Shown here: positions 60,699 through 64,000 of the stretch, piece by piece
Position numbering within the stretch: the stretch's first letter is position 1
Layout: each line of letters starts with the position of its first letter
From: Anthoceros angustus
Taxonomy: Eukaryota > Plantae > Anthocerotophyta
Assembly (NCBI GenBank): GCA_010909165.1
Contig: MU008159.1
Coordinates: 1,054,001-1,118,000, forward strand
DNA length: 64,000 bases
Reading direction: 5' to 3'
Made by a program: the position numbers and the translations under genes
The notes under the pieces: model-generated
Told to the model about the DNA's origin: nothing
Seen by the model: the letters and a program-made list of their open reading frames with translations, nothing else
Database searches by the model: none

Positions 60699-63140
60699 GG
60701 TTCCTCGCCCCCTGGGTGCACACTGCTGGAGCCCTCAATTCCACCAGAGACACCGCTCCCTGCACATGATCGAGAAGGGACTCCGCCTCCATCTCCAGAA
60801 TTGGCTTCCTCCTCCAGGCAGCAGCTGCAGGCTCCAACCAGATGCACCCATCTTGCAATCCGACAACCCCCGGAGCTTGGGAACCCGGCTATGGTTCAGG
60901 AGTGGATTAGAGCCACCTGGAGCCTGGATGGGATTGAGATTTTGCAGGAGCTGATGACGCACAGCCTCTCTCTCATCCCCGTTGCACCTTCCAGCACCAG
61001 ACTTTATTACTCCTCGGGTTTACAAGACCGCTTTGATCCGACACGGTGAAATTCACCTCTGTGTCTTTTGCGCACCTCATCACACAGTCGCACTTCAGGC
61101 ACCCAGTGTACGACGCCGGGATCTCGTTGCGGGCACGCTGACTTTGTGCTTGTCGGACCTGTCTTCGGAAAAGCAGTGGTTAGCTGCTGCCACACTGGAG
61201 CGGGAGCGGATGCTGCTCTCCCGACGGATCAGAGCAGAAGAATGAGGAGGCCGTCACCAGGGCGCTCGCCGGCTGTACATGTGCTCGCCATCGCCATTGC
61301 GCGCAGGGGGTTGCTTGCCAACCAGGTATTTGCTTCCTCAACCTCAACCCCAACCTCACGGCCTCACCTAGCCTTGCCCCACCTCTGACTGCATACCAGT
61401 TCGCGTTCACCAACGTCTCGCTGTGACGCACCCCCACCTGTGCTGGTTTGTCCCCAAGGATGCCTACTCCACTCTGGATCCTGTCATCAGCGCTGTTGAG
61501 CTGTATCGGGCCCAGTATCATACGCTGCAACGGCGATTGTAAGCCTGATTGTGTGTAACACTGACTCTGATGCCGGATGCTGCTTTTGGGTGTGTAAATT
61601 CTCATGCCATGTATGGCTTGGCGAAGTGCAGAAGATGCTTTGACTGCTCTGGAAGCGGCGCACGCCATCAAGACTGGGTCGGGGAACCATGCTTTCCTGT
61701 TTCATGGGATGGGCTTCAATGCAGCTTGGCTGGAGCAGGAAAGTCCCTGTAGCCTCGATGTATGCTTGGTGGAAAGACATGATACTCTGAAAGGTATTCC
61801 GCATACAATGCTCTTTATTTTACAGGAACTTGTCTGGCAGGAGTCTAACAGGAGAAATCGTATCCGACACAAATCGTATGACTCTCTCAACTGGCTTTCC
61901 TGACCAGCCTGTAGGTCTCAAATTTAGGCATCACCCTTCCTTTTAGCCAGGGCATAAACCAGTCACTTGTTGAGGCCAGCTGGATGTTTGGTGTTGCCCT
62001 ATGGTGGTGGAATGACCTTTAGCTAGAACAATTTGACAGGATCTTTCCCGTCACAGCTGGCTGTACTAACCAACTTGTTTAGTCTTGAATGGATGTCTTT
62101 CAAATTGTGCCTGGTTCTCCCATGGCAGCTTTCTCCCTTTCCCTCTCCAGTCTAATCACGCCATTCGTTTCTCTTCAATATTTGTAGGGTTCGGAATCTG
62201 AAAGCAAAGTCCTTGAGCCGAGATTGCACTGGATGCTGCCAAAGGCATGAAGACAAGTTGTCACTACGTGGGTAATCAAGGAGCTAAACGGCCTCAGTCA
62301 CCTGCCTGCCTTGTGACAAGCGAATGTAACAAATTGCTATTGAGCAACTTTGTCAGCCTTCCAACAGGCACCTGCCACCCGATACCGACCGGTGCCCAAG
62401 CGGCTCTCGGAGGAGAGGAGTCATCACGTCGGAAGGCACGATGCGTCCTGTACCAAGACCCTGTACGGCACCCGTTCCGGGCCCCACCAGTGGGCCCGAC
62501 GCGGATTCCGATGCCCGCCTTCCTGTTATCCTCGGACGTCAGCAATGCCACTTCTCCCGCCAACATCCGTATTGAAGCCCAGCCTCCACCTCGCTATGGA
62601 AATGCCTCCCAAATCTTCTCCGCTTCGCGAAAGTCTGCAGCCGGCTGCCAGGCGAAGGTGGATGTCTTCGAACCCAGGATTTCCTGCGGAGTACGGACCA
62701 CTGGTTTATGGGCCATGCCTACTGCCAGCTTGCCCAAGTGAGCAAGACAGGCAGCAGGCTTCACTGAGAAGCATCCGGCTCCACTATTATTGGCAACCCG
62801 CTGCGAGGGAGACCCAGTCGCCCCAATCCCCTGGCTGGTGAATTGGCCGGGCCTGTACGCCTCACACATGCGGCTGCCCGAAGCTGTCTAAAATTTCCCT
62901 CCCGCACGTTTATCTGGATTCCGCAAAGGGTGGATGGGCTGTATCCCGCACACAGCGCAGGCTACTGTCCGTGGCTGTCCAAGGCCCGGCCAGTGCGGGG
63001 CCGAGCGATCCAGACTCGAAGCCACCCCCAGGCATTTTCGTCCTCGCAGAGTCTCGGACTCGTGAGGCGCGGAAGGGGGATCGATGGGCCAAGGCGGACT
63101 TGGATGGAAATTTCGTGAAAGTAGGAACAGATGGGCAGCA

Positions 63141-64000
63141 ATGCGCTTGTGGGTGCAGCTGGGGATCTTGCTGCATTTCTGTGTGGGGTATGTGTGGGCG
63201 CAGGGGGCAGGATTTGTCAGTGTGGATTGCGGGGCAGGGGCGGCCACTTCCTATTCAGACCCTGTGACGGGGATCATATGGCAGGGAGACACATTGTCCG
63301 TGCTGCCGGACCAGAGGGCTGGCAGCTCCATTGTCAAGGGCGTCTCGGCGGCGCAGGAGATGGCGTCGCTGAGATACTTCCCACCAGGAATCACGCCTGC
63401 CAAAAATTGTTATGTTTTGCCTGTGATGGCAGGCGCTCTGTATCTCGTCCGAGCGGGCTTCCTTTACGGTAACTACGATTCTCAGCAGTCATCCGCTGTC
63501 AGCTTTCAGGTGCATATCCTGCTATCCATTTGCTTGCCTTCGGTTGATGTGGTGGACAGGCTTAAAACTTGTGCTGCATTTCGATTCCACATCCAGTGGT
63601 GGGTGGTGGGATTGGATCGCTGATCCGCAGCTGCCCGCAGATTGCAGTGCAGAGCACCGTGTGGCAGATTGTGACGATTGACGGTCGAAGCACCAGTCCC
63701 GTCTTCTTCGAGGCCATCGTTCCGTCGTTGCAATCCACGCAATTGAGCGTCTGCTTGGTGAGGACGTACGCCAGCAGCACCCCCTTCATCAATACCTTGG
63801 AATTGAGGCCCATTAGCTCGGGCACGTACCAGTCTTACGCTCCCACGAAAAACGAGGACTATGGCAGGAATGTGAACTTCTACCTTGTGTACAGAGTCAA
63901 CTTTGGGGAGCGGTTGCGAACTGTGAGGTTGTTTCTGCATCTTCCTGTCCTAGTGCAGTCCGACGCCACTCAGGGAAATGCTTCGGACTTACACTTTGCC
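63141..64000 (+). CDS. Malectin-like domain receptor (probably LRR-I-type RLK/RLP), 5' part only; exons 63141-63509 and 63641-63927, runs off the window
   Basis: Signal peptide, GFVSVDCG, SLRYFP, KNCY, YLVRAGFLYGNYD, VCLVRT...PFINTLELRP, RVNFG. Confidence 0.9.

Noticed and set aside
61180-61890. Minus-strand reading frame with one internal stop upstream of MFL1
   Set aside because: No recognisable domain or consistent exon structure
62247-63118. Several overlapping 90-164 aa ORFs
   Set aside because: GC-rich intergenic or 5' region upstream of the receptor gene, with no motif support

Overview
Eukaryotic nuclear DNA from a land plant. The compact genes, ~80-280 nt GT-AG introns and PLS-type PPR debris suggest a non-seed plant such as a hornwort; this is inference only. 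Many single-base indels between near-identical copies point to residual long-read errors, so frameshifts are uncertain. Layout: (i) 1-19 kb is a repeatedly duplicated cluster of secreted single-domain Gnk2/DUF26-like proteins with atypical C-X17-C-X2-C spacing: one intact gene (18306-18905) and about nine damaged copies or fragments, mixed with PLS-PPR fragments and tRNA-like tandem repeats. (ii) 19-24.8 kb holds satellite/CACTA, LTR-like and LINE debris. (iii) 24.8-37.4 kb is a ~12.6-kb inverted duplication. Each arm carries a SKIP24-like F-box gene facing outward and an orphan SPOC-like/Pro-Arg-Gly repeat ORF facing inward; a 61-bp hairpin lies in the spacer. (iv) 37.4-40.6 kb is a mosaic of local gene fragments. 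(v) The remainder has conserved genes (DeSI/PPPDE peptidase, P-class PPR, Mx-like dynamin DRP4, MFL1 carrier, the 5' end of a malectin-like receptor) and a TE nest at 47.6-53.2 kb that includes a CRE-clade RLE retroposon with a 15-bp TSD.
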